A DNA stretch of 64,000 nt from Escherichia coli O157:H7 (GCF_013167455.1 NZ_CP038328.1); one strand, 5' to 3'. Counted from the stretch's first letter, positions 20,983 to 31,258 are shown. The notes: generated by a model not told the origin, from the letters alone. Numbers and translations are program-made.

Positions 20983-22974
20983 ATGTCCTCACGTAAAGAG
21001 CTTGCCAATGCTATTCGTGCGCTGAGCATGGACGCAGTACAGAAAGCCAAATCCGGTCACCCGGGTGCCCCTATGGGTATGGCTGACATTGCCGAAGTCC
21101 TGTGGCGTGATTTCCTGAAACATAACCCGCAGAATCCGTCCTGGGCTGACCGTGACCGCTTCGTGCTGTCCAACGGCCACGGCTCCATGCTGATCTACAG
21201 CCTGCTGCACCTCACCGGTTACGATCTGCCGATGGAAGAACTGAAAAACTTCCGTCAGCTGCACTCTAAAACTCCGGGCCACCCGGAAGTGGGTTACACC
21301 GCTGGTGTGGAAACCACCACCGGTCCGCTGGGGCAGGGTATTGCCAACGCAGTAGGTATGGCGATTGCAGAAAAAACGCTGGCGGCGCAGTTTAACCGTC
21401 CGGGCCACGACATTGTCGACCACTACACCTACGCCTTCATGGGCGACGGCTGCATGATGGAAGGCATCTCCCACGAAGTTTGCTCTCTGGCGGGTACGCT
21501 GAAGCTGGGTAAACTGATTGCGTTCTACGATGACAACGGTATTTCTATCGATGGTCACGTTGAAGGCTGGTTCACCGACGACACCGCAATGCGTTTCGAA
21601 GCTTACGGCTGGCACGTTATTCGCGACATCGACGGTCATGACGCAGCATCCATCAAACGCGCAGTAGAAGAAGCGCGCGCAGTGACTGACAAACCGTCCC
21701 TGCTGATGTGCAAAACCATCATCGGTTTCGGTTCCCCGAACAAAGCCGGTACTCACGACTCCCACGGTGCGCCGCTGGGTGATGCAGAAATCGCTCTGAC
21801 CCGCGAACAGCTGGGCTGGAAATACGCACCGTTCGAAATCCCGTCTGAAATCTATGCGCAGTGGGATGCGAAAGAAGCAGGCCAGGCGAAAGAATCTGCA
21901 TGGAATGAGAAGTTTGCGGCTTACGCGAAAGCTTATCCGCAGGAAGCGGCTGAATTTACCCGCCGTATGAAAGGCGAAATGCCGTCTGACTTCGACGCCA
22001 AAGCGAAAGAGTTTATCGCTAAACTGCAGGCTAATCCGGCGAAAATCGCCAGCCGTAAAGCGTCTCAGAATGCTATCGAAGCGTTCGGCCCGCTGTTGCC
22101 GGAATTCCTCGGCGGCTCCGCTGACCTGGCACCGTCTAACCTGACCCTGTGGTCTGGTTCTAAAGCAATCAACGAAGATGCTGCGGGTAACTACATCCAC
22201 TACGGTGTTCGCGAGTTCGGTATGACCGCGATTGCTAACGGTATCTCCCTGCACGGTGGCTTCCTGCCGTACACCTCCACCTTCCTGATGTTTGTCGAAT
22301 ACGCACGTAACGCCGTACGTATGGCTGCGCTGATGAAACAGCGTCAGGTTATGGTTTACACCCACGACTCCATCGGTCTGGGCGAAGATGGCCCGACTCA
22401 CCAGCCGGTTGAGCAGGTTGCTTCTCTGCGCGTGACCCCGAACATGTCTACATGGCGTCCGTGTGACCAGGTTGAATCCGCGGTCGCGTGGAAATACGGT
22501 GTTGAGCGTCAGGACGGTCCGACCGCGCTTATCCTCTCCCGTCAGAACCTGGCGCAGCAGGAACGTACTGAAGAGCAACTGGCAAACATCGCGCGCGGTG
22601 GTTATGTGCTGAAAGACTGTGCTGGTCAGCCGGAACTGATCTTCATCGCGACCGGTTCGGAAGTTGAACTGGCTGTTGCCGCCTACGAAAAACTGACTGC
22701 CGAAGGCGTGAAGGCGCGCGTGGTTTCCATGCCGTCTACCGATGCATTCGACAAGCAGGATGCGGCTTACCGTGAATCCGTACTGCCGAAAGCGGTTACT
22801 GCACGCGTTGCGGTAGAAGCGGGTATTGCTGACTACTGGTACAAGTATGTTGGCCTGAATGGCGCTATCATCGGTATGACCACCTTCGGTGAGTCAGCTC
22901 CGGCAGAGTTGCTGTTCGAAGAGTTCGGCTTCACCGTCGACAACGTCGTTGCGAAAGCAAAAGAACTGCTGTAA
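20983..22974 (+). CDS. tktA: transketolase 1
   Basis: Start trimmed to [19 protein letters not shown] (663 aa). Recognised as TktA. Confidence 0.98.
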   Translation: MSSRKELANAIRALSMDAVQKAKSGHPGAPMGMADIAEVLWRDFLKHNPQNPSWADRDRFVLSNGHGSMLIYSLLHLTGYDLPMEELKNFRQLHSKTPGHPEVGYTAGVETTTGPLGQGIANAVGMAIAEKTLAAQFNRPGHDIVDHYTYAFMGDGCMMEGISHEVCSLAGTLKLGKLIAFYDDNGISIDGHVEGWFTDDTAMRFEAYGWHVIRDIDGHDAASIKRAVEEARAVTDKPSLLMCKTIIGFGSPNKAGTHDSHGAPLGDAEIALTREQLGWKYAPFEIPSEIYAQWDAKEAGQAKESAWNEKFAAYAKAYPQEAAEFTRRMKGEMPSDFDAKAKEFIAKLQANPAKIASRKASQNAIEAFGPLLPEFLGGSADLAPSNLTLWSGSKAINEDAAGNYIHYGVREFGMTAIANGISLHGGFLPYTSTFLMFVEYARNAVRMAALMKQRQVMVYTHDSIGLGEDGPTHQPVEQVASLRVTPNMSTWRPCDQVESAVAWKYGVERQDGPTALILSRQNLAQQERTEEQLANIARGGYVLKDCAGQPELIFIATGSEVELAVAAYEKLTAEGVKARVVSMPSTDAFDKQDAAYRESVLPKAVTARVAVEAGIADYWYKYVGLNGAIIGMTTFGESAPAELLFEEFGFTVDNVVAKAKELL

Positions 22975-22988
22975 CTAGCATTTCGGGT

Positions 22989-23016
22989 AAAAAGGTCGCT
23001 TCGGCGACCTTTTTTA
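22989..23016 (+). terminator. intrinsic terminator after tktA
   Basis: AAAAGGTCGC-ttcg-GCGACCTTTT stem followed by a T-tract. Confidence 0.85.
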
Positions 23017-23287
23017 TTACCTTGATATGTCCGTTTGCGGACAAGCAATAGATAAAGCGTGTTGTAGATCGCAAATATTTATATGCAATAAATATCAATT
23101 ATGTAATATGCATCACGATATGCGTGTTGACATTTGTTGTTATATCTATAACTCAATGTTATATAAGAAATTAATAATTCACTGTTTTCAAAACACCGGT
23201 TTCCCTGCTCAATTGCTTTCATTAAACCGCACGAGTATTTTATTTTTACCGCCGGACGGTACCCTAAAAATAAAATAAGGATAATTT

Positions 23288-23731
23288 ATGCGGCTTAGTG
23301 ACTATTTTCCAGAATCATCAATCTCAGTTATACATTCAGCAAAAGATTGGCAGGAAGCTATCGATTTCTCGATGGTATCATTGCTGGATAAAAACTATAT
23401 CAGCGAGAATTACATTCAGGCAATTAAAGATTCCACCATTAACAATGGCCCTTATTATATTCTCGCACCAGGCGTGGCAATGCCTCATGCGCGACCGGAA
23501 TGTGGGGCGCTTAAAACCGGGATGTCTTTGACATTACTTGAACAAGGTGTTTATTTTCCGGGGAATGACGAACCAATTAAATTACTCATCGGACTCTCTG
23601 CTGCCGATGCCGATTCGCACATTGGCGCTATTCAGGCGTTAAGTGAATTACTGTGCGAAGAAGAAATACTCGAACAACTCTTAACAGCATCATCAGAAAA
23701 ACAATTAGCGGACATTATCAGCCGCGGATAA
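23288..23731 (+). CDS. cmtB: cryptic mannitol-type PTS EIIA component
   Basis: 147-aa ORF with the PTS EIIA(Mtl/Fru) fold and phosphorylatable His in GVAMPHARPE. Recognised as CmtB. Confidence 0.92.
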   Translation: MRLSDYFPESSISVIHSAKDWQEAIDFSMVSLLDKNYISENYIQAIKDSTINNGPYYILAPGVAMPHARPECGALKTGMSLTLLEQGVYFPGNDEPIKLLIGLSAADADSHIGAIQALSELLCEEEILEQLLTASSEKQLADIISRG

Positions 23732-23758
23732 TTACTCTCTCCTCTACAGGATAATATT

Positions 23759-25147
23759 ATGGAAAACAAGTCTGCTCGTGCAAAGGTCCAGGCTTTTGGG
23801 GGCTTTTTGACTGCAATGGTCATCCCCAATATTGGTGCTTTTATTGCCTGGGGTTTTATTACTGCGTTATTTATTCCCACCGGTTGGCTGCCTAACGAAC
23901 ATTTCGCCAAAATTGTCGGCCCGATGATTACCTATTTATTGCCCGTGATGATTGGTTCTACCGGTGGTCATCTGGTCGGCGGTAAACGCGGCGCGGTCAT
24001 GGGCGGAATAGGTACTATTGGTGTGATCGTCGGCGCAGAGATCCCGATGTTCCTTGGCTCAATGATTATGGGGCCGCTCGGTGGTCTGGTCATAAAATAT
24101 GTTGATAAGGCACTGGAAAAACGCATACCTGCCGGTTTTGAGATGGTTATCAATAACTTCTCATTAGGTATCGCGGGGATGCTCCTTTGCCTGCTGGGTT
24201 TTGAAGTGATCGGCCCGGCGGTGTTAATTGCCAATACTTTCGTCAAAGAGTGTATTGAGGCGCTGGTACATGCGGGTTATCTGCCTCTGCTGTCAGTCAT
24301 CAATGAACCGGCGAAAGTGCTTTTCCTTAATAATGCGATCGATCAGGGCGTCTATTATCCGCTGGGAATGCAACAGGCTTCGGTTAACGGTAAATCCATC
24401 TTCTTTATGGTGGCCTCTAACCCAGGTCCGGGCCTGGGGCTGCTGCTGGCGTTTACCTTGTTTGGTAAAGGGATGAGTAAACGTTCTGCGCCCGGGGCGA
24501 TGATTATTCACTTCCTCGGTGGGATCCACGAACTGTATTTCCCATATGTGCTGATGAAGCCGCTGACTATTATTGCCATGATTGCGGGCGGTATGTCTGG
24601 CACCTGGATGTTTAACTTACTGGACGGTGGTCTGGTGGCTGGCCCAAGTCCGGGGTCTATCTTTGCTTACCTGGCGCTGACGCCGAAAGGTTCGTTCCTG
24701 GCGACAATTGCCGGTGTTACGGTAGGTACCCTGGTGTCCTTTGCTATCACTTCGCTGATACTGAAGATGGAAAAAACGGTGGAAACGGAGAGCGAAGATG
24801 AGTTTGCTCAGTCAGCCAATGCGGTTAAGGCGATGAAACAAGAGGGTGCATTCTCGTTAAGCAGGGTTAAGCGTATCGCCTTTGTTTGCGATGCGGGGAT
24901 GGGCTCCAGTGCGATGGGCGCGACCACCTTCCGTAAACGCCTGGAAAAAGCGGGGCTGGCAATTGAAGTAAAACATTACGCCATAGAAAACGTGCCTGCG
25001 GATGCGGATATCGTCGTTACTCATGCCAGTCTGGAAGGGCGCGTGAAACGTGTGACGGATAAACCACTGATATTGATTAATAACTATATTGGCGATCCAA
25101 AACTCGACACTTTATTTAATCAATTAACCGCCGAACATAAACACTGA
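23759..25147 (+). CDS. cmtA: cryptic mannitol-type PTS EIICB component
   Basis: 462-aa ORF: a membrane EIIC domain plus a C-terminal EIIB (IAFVCDAGMGSSAMG). Recognised as CmtA. Confidence 0.93.
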   Translation: MENKSARAKVQAFGGFLTAMVIPNIGAFIAWGFITALFIPTGWLPNEHFAKIVGPMITYLLPVMIGSTGGHLVGGKRGAVMGGIGTIGVIVGAEIPMFLGSMIMGPLGGLVIKYVDKALEKRIPAGFEMVINNFSLGIAGMLLCLLGFEVIGPAVLIANTFVKECIEALVHAGYLPLLSVINEPAKVLFLNNAIDQGVYYPLGMQQASVNGKSIFFMVASNPGPGLGLLLAFTLFGKGMSKRSAPGAMIIHFLGGIHELYFPYVLMKPLTIIAMIAGGMSGTWMFNLLDGGLVAGPSPGSIFAYLALTPKGSFLATIAGVTVGTLVSFAITSLILKMEKTVETESEDEFAQSANAVKAMKQEGAFSLSRVKRIAFVCDAGMGSSAMGATTFRKRLEKAGLAIEVKHYAIENVPADADIVVTHASLEGRVKRVTDKPLILINNYIGDPKLDTLFNQLTAEHKH

Positions 25148-25161
25148 TTACAGAGGTAAAA

Positions 25162-26439
25162 ATGAAAACCAAAGTTGCTGCTATTTATGGCAAGCGGGAT
25201 GTCCGTCTGCGCGAATTTGAACTGCCAGAAATTACCGATAATGAATTACTGGTGAGTGTGATTTCTGACAGCGTCTGTTTATCCACCTGGAAAGCGGCGT
25301 TACTCGGTAGTGAACATAAACGCGTACCCGACGATTTAGAAAATCATCCGGTCATTACCGGGCATGAATGTGCCGGGGTTATTGTCGAAGTGGGTAAAAA
25401 TCTCACTGGCAAATATAAAAAAGGCCAGCGTTTTGTATTGCAACCGGCGATGGGGTTACCAAGCGGATATTCAGCGGGCTACAGCTACGAATATTTTGGC
25501 GGCAATGCCACTTATATGATTATTCCCGAAATCGCCATTAATTTGGGCTGCGTATTACCGTATCACGGCTCTTATTTTGCTGCGGCGTCGCTGGCAGAGC
25601 CTATGTGCTGCATTATTGGCGCTTATCATGCCAATTATCACACCACGCAATATGTTTATGAGCATCGCATGGGCGTCAAACCTGGCGGCAATATTGCACT
25701 GCTGGCGTGTGCAGGTCCGATGGGCATTGGCGCTATCGATTACGCCATTAACGGCGGCATACAACCGTCGCGGGTGGTGGTGGTCGATATCGACGACAAA
25801 CGTCTGGCGCAGGTACAGAAGCTGCTGCCGGTGGAACTGGCGGCCAGTAAAGGCATTGAGCTGGTGTATGTGAATACCAAAGGGATGAGCGATCCTGTCC
25901 AGATGCTGCGGGCGCTGACAGGAGATGCCGGGTTCGATGACATTTTTGTTTATGCGGCGGTGTCTGCTGTCGTTGAGATGGCTGATGAATTACTGGCGGA
26001 AGATGGCTGTCTGAACTTCTTTGCCGGGCCGACGGATAAAAACTTCAAAGTGCCGTTTAATTTCTACAACGTTCATTACAACAGCACGCACGTCGTCGGT
26101 ACATCCGGCGGTTCAACGGACGACATGAAAGAGGCGATTGCCCTTAGCGCCACAGGGCAGTTACAGCCCTCGTTTATGGTGACCCATATCGGTGGCCTGG
26201 ATGCGGTGCCAGAAACCGTGCTCAATCTGCCGGATATCCCTGGCGGTAAAAAACTCATTTATAACGGCGTGACCATGCCGCTCACTGCCATTGCCGATTT
26301 TGCCGAAAAAGGCAAAACCGATCCGCTGTTTAAAGAGTTGGCGCGGCTGGTTGAGGAAACGCACGGCATCTGGAATGAACAGGCCGAGAAATATCTGCTG
26401 GCACAATTTGGCGTTGATATCGGGGAGGCCGCGCAATGA
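25162..26439 (+). CDS. yggP: Zn-dependent medium-chain polyol(-phosphate) dehydrogenase homologue YggP
   Basis: 425-aa ORF with GHECAG zinc motif and a GPMG Rossmann motif. Recognised as YggP. Confidence 0.88.
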   Translation: MKTKVAAIYGKRDVRLREFELPEITDNELLVSVISDSVCLSTWKAALLGSEHKRVPDDLENHPVITGHECAGVIVEVGKNLTGKYKKGQRFVLQPAMGLPSGYSAGYSYEYFGGNATYMIIPEIAINLGCVLPYHGSYFAAASLAEPMCCIIGAYHANYHTTQYVYEHRMGVKPGGNIALLACAGPMGIGAIDYAINGGIQPSRVVVVDIDDKRLAQVQKLLPVELAASKGIELVYVNTKGMSDPVQMLRALTGDAGFDDIFVYAAVSAVVEMADELLAEDGCLNFFAGPTDKNFKVPFNFYNVHYNSTHVVGTSGGSTDDMKEAIALSATGQLQPSFMVTHIGGLDAVPETVLNLPDIPGGKKLIYNGVTMPLTAIADFAEKGKTDPLFKELARLVEETHGIWNEQAEKYLLAQFGVDIGEAAQ

Positions 26440-27401
26440 TGTCCCTGGCGTGGCCATTATTTCGCGTTACGGAACAGGCAGCGTTGGCTGCCTGGCCGCA
26501 AACCGGATGTGGCGACAAAAATAAAATTGATGGCCTGGCGGTCACCGCGATGCGCCAGGCATTAAACGACGTCGCTTTTCGTGGACGAGTGGTTATCGGC
26601 GAAGGAGAAATTGACCATGCGCCGATGCTGTGGATTGGCGAAGAGGTGGGCAAAGGCGATGGGCCAGAAGTCGATATCGCGGTTGATCCCATTGAAGGCA
26701 CGCGGATGGTGGCGATGGGGCAGAGCAATGCGCTGGCGGTCATGGCTTTCGCCCCTCGAGATAGCCTGTTACATGCGCCCGATATGTATATGAAAAAGCT
26801 GGTTGTTAATCGACTGGCTGCCGGGGCGATTGATCTGTCTTTGCCTCTGGCGGACAACTTGCGTGACGTGGCGCGGGCGTTAGGTAAACCGCTGGACAAG
26901 CTGCGCATGGTTACGCTGGATAAACCGCGTCTGAGTGCCGCGATTGAAGAAGCAACACAGCTGGGCGTGAAGGTTTTTGCCCTGCCGGATGGCGATGTCG
27001 CCGCCAGCGTGCTGACCTGCTGGCAGGATAATCCTTACGATGTGATGTACACCATCGGCGGTGCGCCGGAAGGCGTGATTTCTGCCTGTGCCGTTAAAGC
27101 ATTAGGCGGGAATATGCAGGCCGAGCTGATTGACTTTTGTCAGGCCAAAGGGGATTACACGGAAAATCGGCAGATTGCAGAGCAGGAGCGCAAGCGTTGC
27201 AAGGCAATGGGTGTTGACGTTAACCGTGTGTACTCGCTCGATGTACTGGTAAGGGGGAACGATATCCTCTTTAGCGCTACGGGCGTCACGGGCGGCGAGT
27301 TGGTGAACGGTATCCAACAGACGGCGAATGGAGTGCGGACGCAGACATTACTGATCGGCGGCGCGGACCAAACGTGTAATATAATAGACTCCCTGTATTG
27401 A
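26436..27401 (+). CDS. yggF: class II (GlpX-type) fructose-1,6-bisphosphatase YggF
   Basis: 321-aa ORF of the GlpX family. ATGA overlap with the yggP stop. Recognised as YggF. Confidence 0.9.
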   Translation: MMSLAWPLFRVTEQAALAAWPQTGCGDKNKIDGLAVTAMRQALNDVAFRGRVVIGEGEIDHAPMLWIGEEVGKGDGPEVDIAVDPIEGTRMVAMGQSNALAVMAFAPRDSLLHAPDMYMKKLVVNRLAAGAIDLSLPLADNLRDVARALGKPLDKLRMVTLDKPRLSAAIEEATQLGVKVFALPDGDVAASVLTCWQDNPYDVMYTIGGAPEGVISACAVKALGGNMQAELIDFCQAKGDYTENRQIAEQERKRCKAMGVDVNRVYSLDVLVRGNDILFSATGVTGGELVNGIQQTANGVRTQTLLIGGADQTCNIIDSLY

Positions 27402-27422
27402 TGGTGATCTATCGGAAGACCA

Positions 27423-27932
27423 ATGGCGACGCTGTCAGAAGATGATGTGCTTGAGCAACTGGATGCACAGGACAATTTATTTTCATTTATGAAAACTGCG
27501 CATTCTATTTTGCTCCAGGGGATACGCCAGTTTCTGCCGTCGCTGTTTGTCGATAACGATGAAGAGAGCGTCGAATATGCAGTGAAGCCGTTACTCGCCC
27601 AAAGCGGCCCGCTTGACGATATTGATGTTGCACTGCGTTTGATTTATGCGCTGGGGAAAATGGATAAATGGCTGTACGCCGATATCACGCATTTTTCCCA
27701 GTACTGGCATTACCTGAAAGAACAGGATGAAACGCTCGGATTTGCCGATGACATGACTTGGGATTTTATCAGCAACGTCAATAGCATAACCTGCAATGCG
27801 ACGCTCTATGACGCGTTGAAAGCGATGAAGTTCGCCGATTTCGCCGTCTGGTCAGAGGCGCGTTTTAGCGGAATGGTCAAAACGGCGCTGACGCTGGCAG
27901 TAACGACCACCTTAAAGGAATTAACGCCGTGA
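27423..27932 (+). CDS. yggD: MtlR-family protein YggD (also reported as fumarase E)
   Basis: 169-aa ORF recognised as YggD. Confidence 0.88.
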   Translation: MATLSEDDVLEQLDAQDNLFSFMKTAHSILLQGIRQFLPSLFVDNDEESVEYAVKPLLAQSGPLDDIDVALRLIYALGKMDKWLYADITHFSQYWHYLKEQDETLGFADDMTWDFISNVNSITCNATLYDALKAMKFADFAVWSEARFSGMVKTALTLAVTTTLKELTP

Positions 27933-28642
27933 AAATTGAATTAACGGTGAATGGGCTGAACGTGCAAGCGCAGTACCATGATGAAGAGATAGAACGCGTG
28001 CATAAACCGTTGCTGCGTATGCTGGCGGCCTTACAGACGGTAAATCCGCAGCGCCGAACCGTGGTTTTTCTTTGCGCTCCGCCGGGGACGGGTAAATCTA
28101 CCCTAACCACCTTCTGGGCATATCTCGCGCAACAAGACCCGGAGCTGCCCGCTATTCAGACGCTCCCGATGGATGGTTTTCACCATTACAATAGCTGGCT
28201 GGATGCGCATCAATTGCGCCCCTTCAAAGGCGCACCAGAGACATTTGACGTTGCGAAACTGGCGGAAAATCTGCGCCAGGTCGTGGAAGGGGATTGTACG
28301 TGGCCGCAGTACGATCGACAAAAGCATGATCCTGTTGAAGATGCGTTGCACGTTACCGCACCAATAATCATCGTCGAAGGAAACTGGCTATTGCTGGATG
28401 ACGATAACTGGCGCCAGCTAGCGCAATTTTGTGATTTCTCGATCTTTATCAATGCGCCAGCTACTGCGTTGCGGGAACGACTGGTGGGGCGCAAGCTGGC
28501 GGGAGGGTTATCGCTGGCAGACGCAGAAGCTTTTTATGACCGTACCGACGGGCCGAATGTTCGCCGGGTGCTGGAAGAGAGTCTGCCTGCAAATTTGACC
28601 TTAATGATGACCGCTACGGGTGAATATCGTCTGGTGGATTAA
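27929..28642 (+). CDS. yggC: P-loop kinase-like protein YggC
   Basis: 237-aa ORF with a GTG start in a GTGA overlap with the yggD stop. Walker A PPGTGKST. Recognised as YggC. Confidence 0.85.
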   Translation: MKIELTVNGLNVQAQYHDEEIERVHKPLLRMLAALQTVNPQRRTVVFLCAPPGTGKSTLTTFWAYLAQQDPELPAIQTLPMDGFHHYNSWLDAHQLRPFKGAPETFDVAKLAENLRQVVEGDCTWPQYDRQKHDPVEDALHVTAPIIIVEGNWLLLDDDNWRQLAQFCDFSIFINAPATALRERLVGRKLAGGLSLADAEAFYDRTDGPNVRRVLEESLPANLTLMMTATGEYRLVD

Positions 28643-29291
28643 TGTTCCTGATTAGACCATCTTCCAGTCGCACCACACGAGAGAAATGACGCCGGGTAAA
28701 TGCGGCGTCATGACTGATTGCTACGACGCTCGTGCCTCGCTGGCGGCACTTCTCCAGCCAGCTTTCAAACACGCTCAACCAATTTTCGTCAAAATCCCGA
28801 CTCGGCTCGTCCAGCAGCAATAGTGGCGGAGAGAGTGCTTCCAGGCAGGCGACGGCGACCATCCGTCGCTGCGCACTATGCAGATCCAACGGGTGCGCGC
28901 TGGCAGTGTCTGCTAACTGACAACATTGCAGGGCAGCATGGGTACGTTGAGTGATTTCATCCGCCGGGCATTTTTGCAGTTTCAAACCAAATGCGATCTC
29001 GTCAGCGACGGTGCTGTGAAAAAGTTGGTTTTCCGCTTCCTGAAACAGTACGCCAATCTTTGCCGCGCGCTGGCGGTTTTTCAGGTTTTTCATCGCCTGT
29101 TGTTGCAGCATAACCGTACCGGCTGTGGGCGTAAGAAGACCTGCCATTACTCGTAACAGCGTCGATTTCCCTGCGCCATTGTCGCCGGTCAACGCCAACC
29201 ATTCACCTTGTTTGAGTTGCAGAGAAATGTCGCAAAGACAATCCGTTGCCGCGCCAGGCCAGCGATAAGATATCTGATTTAACGTTAACAT
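28614..29291 (-). CDS. ECF/ABC transporter ATPase subunit, second copy, with degenerate signature motif
   Basis: Start at MLTLNQISYRW (225 aa), in an ATGTTAA overlap with the upstream stop. Walker A GDNGAGKST, Q-loop, Walker B LLLLDE and H-loop ISHD are present, but the signature motif reads LHSAQ instead of LSGGQ. Confidence 0.8.
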   Translation of the reverse strand: MLTLNQISYRWPGAATDCLCDISLQLKQGEWLALTGDNGAGKSTLLRVMAGLLTPTAGTVMLQQQAMKNLKNRQRAAKIGVLFQEAENQLFHSTVADEIAFGLKLQKCPADEITQRTHAALQCCQLADTASAHPLDLHSAQRRMVAVACLEALSPPLLLLDEPSRDFDENWLSVFESWLEKCRQRGTSVVAISHDAAFTRRHFSRVVRLEDGLIRNINPPDDIHP

Positions 29292-29962
29292 AGTGGCTGG
29301 AGCGCTCCGTTTTGCAATTGCCACGCTTGCTGGCAGTAGTTCAGGAAAGGTGTGCGATGACGTTCAAAAAGAATAATCAGCGAACCACGTTCAAACGCCC
29401 AGTGTTGTAAGCGCTGCAACAGCATTTCGCTGGCCTGCGGCGTCAGGCGGCTAAAGGCTTCATCAAGAATTAATAGCTTTGGCTGCATCGCGATGGCGCA
29501 GGCGATGACCACGCGCTGTGTCTCTCCACCGGAGAGTGTTGCCGGGTGACGATGGCGCAACGGCTGGCACTCGGTCAGAGTCAGGGCGGCATCAATCCGC
29601 GCCATAATCTCTGCTTCAGCAAGACACAGATTTTCTGGCCCAAAGGCAACTTCTTCTTCCACGCTAAAGGTACAGCCGGAGAGCTGCAAATAGGGCGATT
29701 GCTGGACGAGCTGGATGGTGGCGGATTGTTCATTAAGCGGGAGATGCCCAATGGGCGTACCGAGGAGCGTCCCCGTGCCTGTTATCTCTCCTGGCAGAAA
29801 GTCCGGATACCAGCCCGCCATCAGCTGTGCCAGCGTACTTTTGCCACTGCCGTTGTCACCAAAGATGGCGACCATCCCCGGTTTGACATAGTGAAAGTCA
29901 TAACAGAACGGAGGATGCGTTGAGTGTGTCGGGCAATAACGGAACTGTTCTAACGTAACCAT
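29285..29962 (-). CDS. ECF/ABC transporter ATPase subunit, first copy
   Basis: ATG at 29962 (an alternative GTG lies at 29968) gives 225 aa. Walker A GDNGSGKST, signature LSGGETQR, Walker B LLILDEA. Confidence 0.8.
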   Translation of the reverse strand: MVTLEQFRYCPTHSTHPPFCYDFHYVKPGMVAIFGDNGSGKSTLAQLMAGWYPDFLPGEITGTGTLLGTPIGHLPLNEQSATIQLVQQSPYLQLSGCTFSVEEEVAFGPENLCLAEAEIMARIDAALTLTECQPLRHRHPATLSGGETQRVVIACAIAMQPKLLILDEAFSRLTPQASEMLLQRLQHWAFERGSLIILFERHRTPFLNYCQQAWQLQNGALQPLC

Positions 29963-30657
29963 ATCCACGCTCCGAATTCTGTCAGCATCAGCAAGATCAT
30001 GGTGTAACGCGCTACGCGTTGTAGGGTGCTATCGGCTGGTGCCCACAACGTTGTTCGTCGGTTGTGGATCCGAAATGCCCGCATATCCAGCGCCGCACCA
30101 CGGACAGCAAGATCGTTTAGCGCATTGTGTGTTAGCGGAATAGTTAACGCGGGCATCGCACGTAAACGCTGATACCAGCCCTCATCCAGCGGCACGCCGC
30201 GGGCACGCTGCGCTTCATGAATAATCGCTAATTGCCGTTTTAACTGCTCAACGACCAATAACGGCCCGGCAAACAGATAAGCGACGCCCGGCGGCAGGCG
30301 AGAAGCAAACAGAGCGCGGATAAAACATTGCACGGGGACGTACTGCATCCACAACTGTGAGGTTGAAACAATCGCCAGAATCCGCAACCAGAGCGTAATA
30401 GCATGCGTCCAACGCTCCGGCGAACGCGGCGTGCCGCTTAGCCATTCTGTTAGCCAGCCACCGTGTACCAGCCACAGCCCGGCTCCCAGCGAGAACATCA
30501 GCCAGACGACATATTTTGCCCGCCGCCGCGTGGCCTTTAGCGCAATAAGGCAAAAAAAGGTCGCCGCGCTATAGATCGGCAAAATGGTCTGCGCGGGCAG
30601 GATAAGCGTGGTGCAGGCCGCCAATGCCCATAGTGTTAATGAGGTAAATGGATGCAT
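29950..30657 (-). CDS. ECF transporter transmembrane T component (CbiQ/EcfT family)
   Basis: 235-aa multi-TM ORF with the paired Ala-Arg-Gly coupling motifs (HEAQRARG, LAVRGAALDMRAF) typical of EcfT/CbiQ. Its ATG directly follows the upstream TAA. Confidence 0.75.
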   Translation of the reverse strand: MHPFTSLTLWALAACTTLILPAQTILPIYSAATFFCLIALKATRRRAKYVVWLMFSLGAGLWLVHGGWLTEWLSGTPRSPERWTHAITLWLRILAIVSTSQLWMQYVPVQCFIRALFASRLPPGVAYLFAGPLLVVEQLKRQLAIIHEAQRARGVPLDEGWYQRLRAMPALTIPLTHNALNDLAVRGAALDMRAFRIHNRRTTLWAPADSTLQRVARYTMILLMLTEFGAWIWLR

Positions 30658-31236
30658 TTAGCGCACGGCAGCCATTGCCGGAAAATGGCGCGTGGTGCGA
30701 ATCGGCAGCTGGCGCAGTAAAAGCCAGACAATCACCGCTGTAAGAGTTTTATCGACCAGGTTCGCGCCTATCACCGTAATCGCCACCGACTCCACCAGGT
30801 TTTGCCCCATCGAGTGCATCCAGGCAACGAACAAATCGGCTCCGCTACCGGTGACACCGCCGAACAGCGCAGTACGCAGCGGTACAGCGACGACCGTTAC
30901 CGCAAGCGTAATAATCACGCCGCTGACAACGACTTTTGGCAGGGTGCGAAACCAACCCGCTCGCGCCAGCCAACCGGCGACCAGGCCGATGACCATCGCG
31001 ACGGGGGCAAAAGCGGCAGCGATCGGGTCGGTCAGTAATCCCCAGAGTAAATTGGTCAGTAAGCCGGTCAGCATCCCGATCACCGGACCAAGCAGTACCG
31101 CGCTAATAAGTGTGCCGATGGAGTCGAGAAATATAGGTAATTTGACCATGCTGGCCAGTTGCCCGCCGATCATATTGATGGCGATAGATATAACGATCAA
31201 CACCAGTGCCTGACTGGAAAAGTGGCTACGCGCCAT
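30658..31236 (-). CDS. putative ECF transporter substrate-capture (S) component
   Basis: Start at MARSHFSS, preceded by AGAGG 7 nt upstream (192 aa). About six hydrophobic helices. Size and operon position fit an S component, but the family and substrate could not be assigned. Confidence 0.65.
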   Translation of the reverse strand: MARSHFSSQALVLIVISIAINMIGGQLASMVKLPIFLDSIGTLISAVLLGPVIGMLTGLLTNLLWGLLTDPIAAAFAPVAMVIGLVAGWLARAGWFRTLPKVVVSGVIITLAVTVVAVPLRTALFGGVTGSGADLFVAWMHSMGQNLVESVAITVIGANLVDKTLTAVIVWLLLRQLPIRTTRHFPAMAAVR

Positions 31237-31258
31237 AAGAAAACCTCTCTGAAAGTAG

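Noticed and set aside
20989-22578. A 529-aa ORF antisense to tktA. Similar long antisense ORFs lie at 991-1908 (ansB), 18851-19894 (speB), 33113-33811 (pgk), 34413-35387 (fbaA), 58376-59074 (gcvP) and 42014-42346 and elsewhere.
   Set aside because: These are shadow ORFs on the complement of strongly codon-biased genes. Their products are Arg/Val/His/Phe-rich with no motifs, no RBS and no independent intergenic context. The sense genes are unambiguous.
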